Shown one piece after another: positions 62,794-64,000 of a DNA stretch of 64,000 nucleotides. Under the pieces are notes generated by a model that saw nothing but the letters and a program-made list of their open reading frames with translations, had not been told where the DNA came from and made no database searches. The DNA comes from Macrostomum hystrix. Lineage: Eukaryota; Animalia; Platyhelminthes. A program made the position numbers and the translations under genes. Numbering within the stretch: the first letter of the stretch is position 1; each line of letters begins with the position of its first letter. Location of the stretch: assembly GCA_950097015.1 (NCBI GenBank), contig CATNEN010000039.1:15996001-16060000 (forward strand). The letters are read 5' to 3'.

Positions 62794-63483
62794 GTTTACT
62801 TTCTGGGTGAGCTCATGACTATCTGAATTTCTCGAGTTAAAATAAAAAGTGAAAAGTGTTTATGTTTCACTTTTAAATATATCGGTGCCAGAGAAGCTCT
62901 AGGCAGAGGCTAAATACCTATCCAATTCAACCTCACGAAACGAAACCCACGCGAACCCCAACCGCTCTCCTTATCCACCTTATCAGGCGGGGTCACGCGC
63001 TGTGAATTAGATTTCTACCCTGCAGCAACCCCCACCCCTCGCCCAAACCGCAACAGCATTTCCCCCTCTCTCTCTCACTCTCACCCACCCCTTCCACTCC
63101 TCCTTAATTGTGGTTCCTAGATTTCGGCGCGAAGTGCCAAAAACCGGAGGTTGGGGTGGTTGGCGCCGGTCAAGTATTGGCGCGAACTAACTGTAACTTG
63201 TTCCAATGTCCTGGGCCAGCTAGCAATCCCCTTGAGGATTGTGAGAGAAAGCCAGAGAGAGAAGATGAGCGAGTATATTCGCACCGGACGGCTTGCACTT
63301 TGACAGACCGCTGTGCAAGATAATTTTTCGGACCCAAATTCCCAATATAGGCTTAGAAGTCCAGAAATTCAGTTCATTCATTATTCAATTGCAGGGATAA
63401 GATAGTGTGGGAAAATTTTCTAAAGTGCCATTTTTTCCAAAGACAACGTCAAATTACTGTTCAATTTAGAAGAAATAACTTCA

Positions 63484-63723
63484 GAGCGTGAGTGGCAGAG
63501 CGGTTAACGCGTTTGCCTCTCGCATAAATGTCCCAGAGCTCGATTTCGCGGCGAGGTCACATTCATTTGGGGCGCAATTTACGCCCTTTAGGGCCAACCT
63601 CCAAGGCACTGTGACAGTGTACACTGCCTGACGATGAGAAAGTCAGGGCAGATGTACACACCTGTGTGAGCGTGCGCCTGCGTACGGCTGGCTGCGGGTC
63701 TAGTGTCACCAAACGATGTGCCA
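63484..63723 (+). mobile_element. Group B SINE, internally deleted copy, followed by (TCTG)n at 63723-63798
   Basis: Colinear homology to 26168-26485. Confidence 0.85.
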
Positions 63724-63800
<77 letters not shown>

Positions 63801-63889
63801 TTTTCTGTTTGTCTGTTCTAACTGTTTTATGCATTTGTTTAATATGTTCAGTGCTGTCACATTGAATTATTGTATATACGACTAGTTGT

Positions 63890-64000
63890 GTTTTAACGGT
63901 TCGACTTGAAGGTCGTGGTTTCGATTCCGAACTCTCGCTGTAAAAGTTTGTGTCCTTTAGCAGTTAAGTGGGTACCAGCATCAGCTGGAGTAATTGAGGT
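63890..64000 (+). mobile_element. Group A SINE fragment running off the window end
   Basis: cgacttgaaggtcgtggtttcgattcc...gtgtccttt...taagtgggtaccagcatcagctgg. Confidence 0.6.

Overview
This is eukaryotic (metazoan) genomic DNA with spliceosomal GT-AG introns. The very dense 12-28 bp minisatellites and polyQ-rich proteins suggest a flatworm such as Macrostomum, which is inference only. Four intron-containing genes can be reconstructed by hand with consistent reading frames: the 3' end of a myosin V (+, to 3009), a FAM78-family gene (-, ~5091-8006), a complete RNF19/Dorfin-type RBR E3 ligase (-, 11696-20162, 7 coding exons including a 28-nt microexon), and the first three exons of an alpha-neurexin-like gene (+, from 31965), probably followed by very large intron(s). 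The most striking object is a nearly intact 4.7-kb single-ORF non-LTR retrotransposon (~41034-45755), similar in layout to the Ingi/L1Tc clade. It has a predicted 5' HDV-like ribozyme overlapping the start codon, a hydrophobic leader ending in a 2A skipping motif (DVEVNPGP), three PHD-type fingers, AP endonuclease, RT, RNase H, a C-terminal zinc finger and an (AAC)n tail. It is inserted into an AGC/AAC triplet array in sense orientation to the neurexin gene and is broken by a single in-frame TGA. The window also holds two groups of tRNA-derived SINEs (one full-length copy has a 13-bp TSD) and about 30 different tandem arrays. Most long ORFs in the track are translations of these arrays. Family assignments come from recalled motifs, not database searches.
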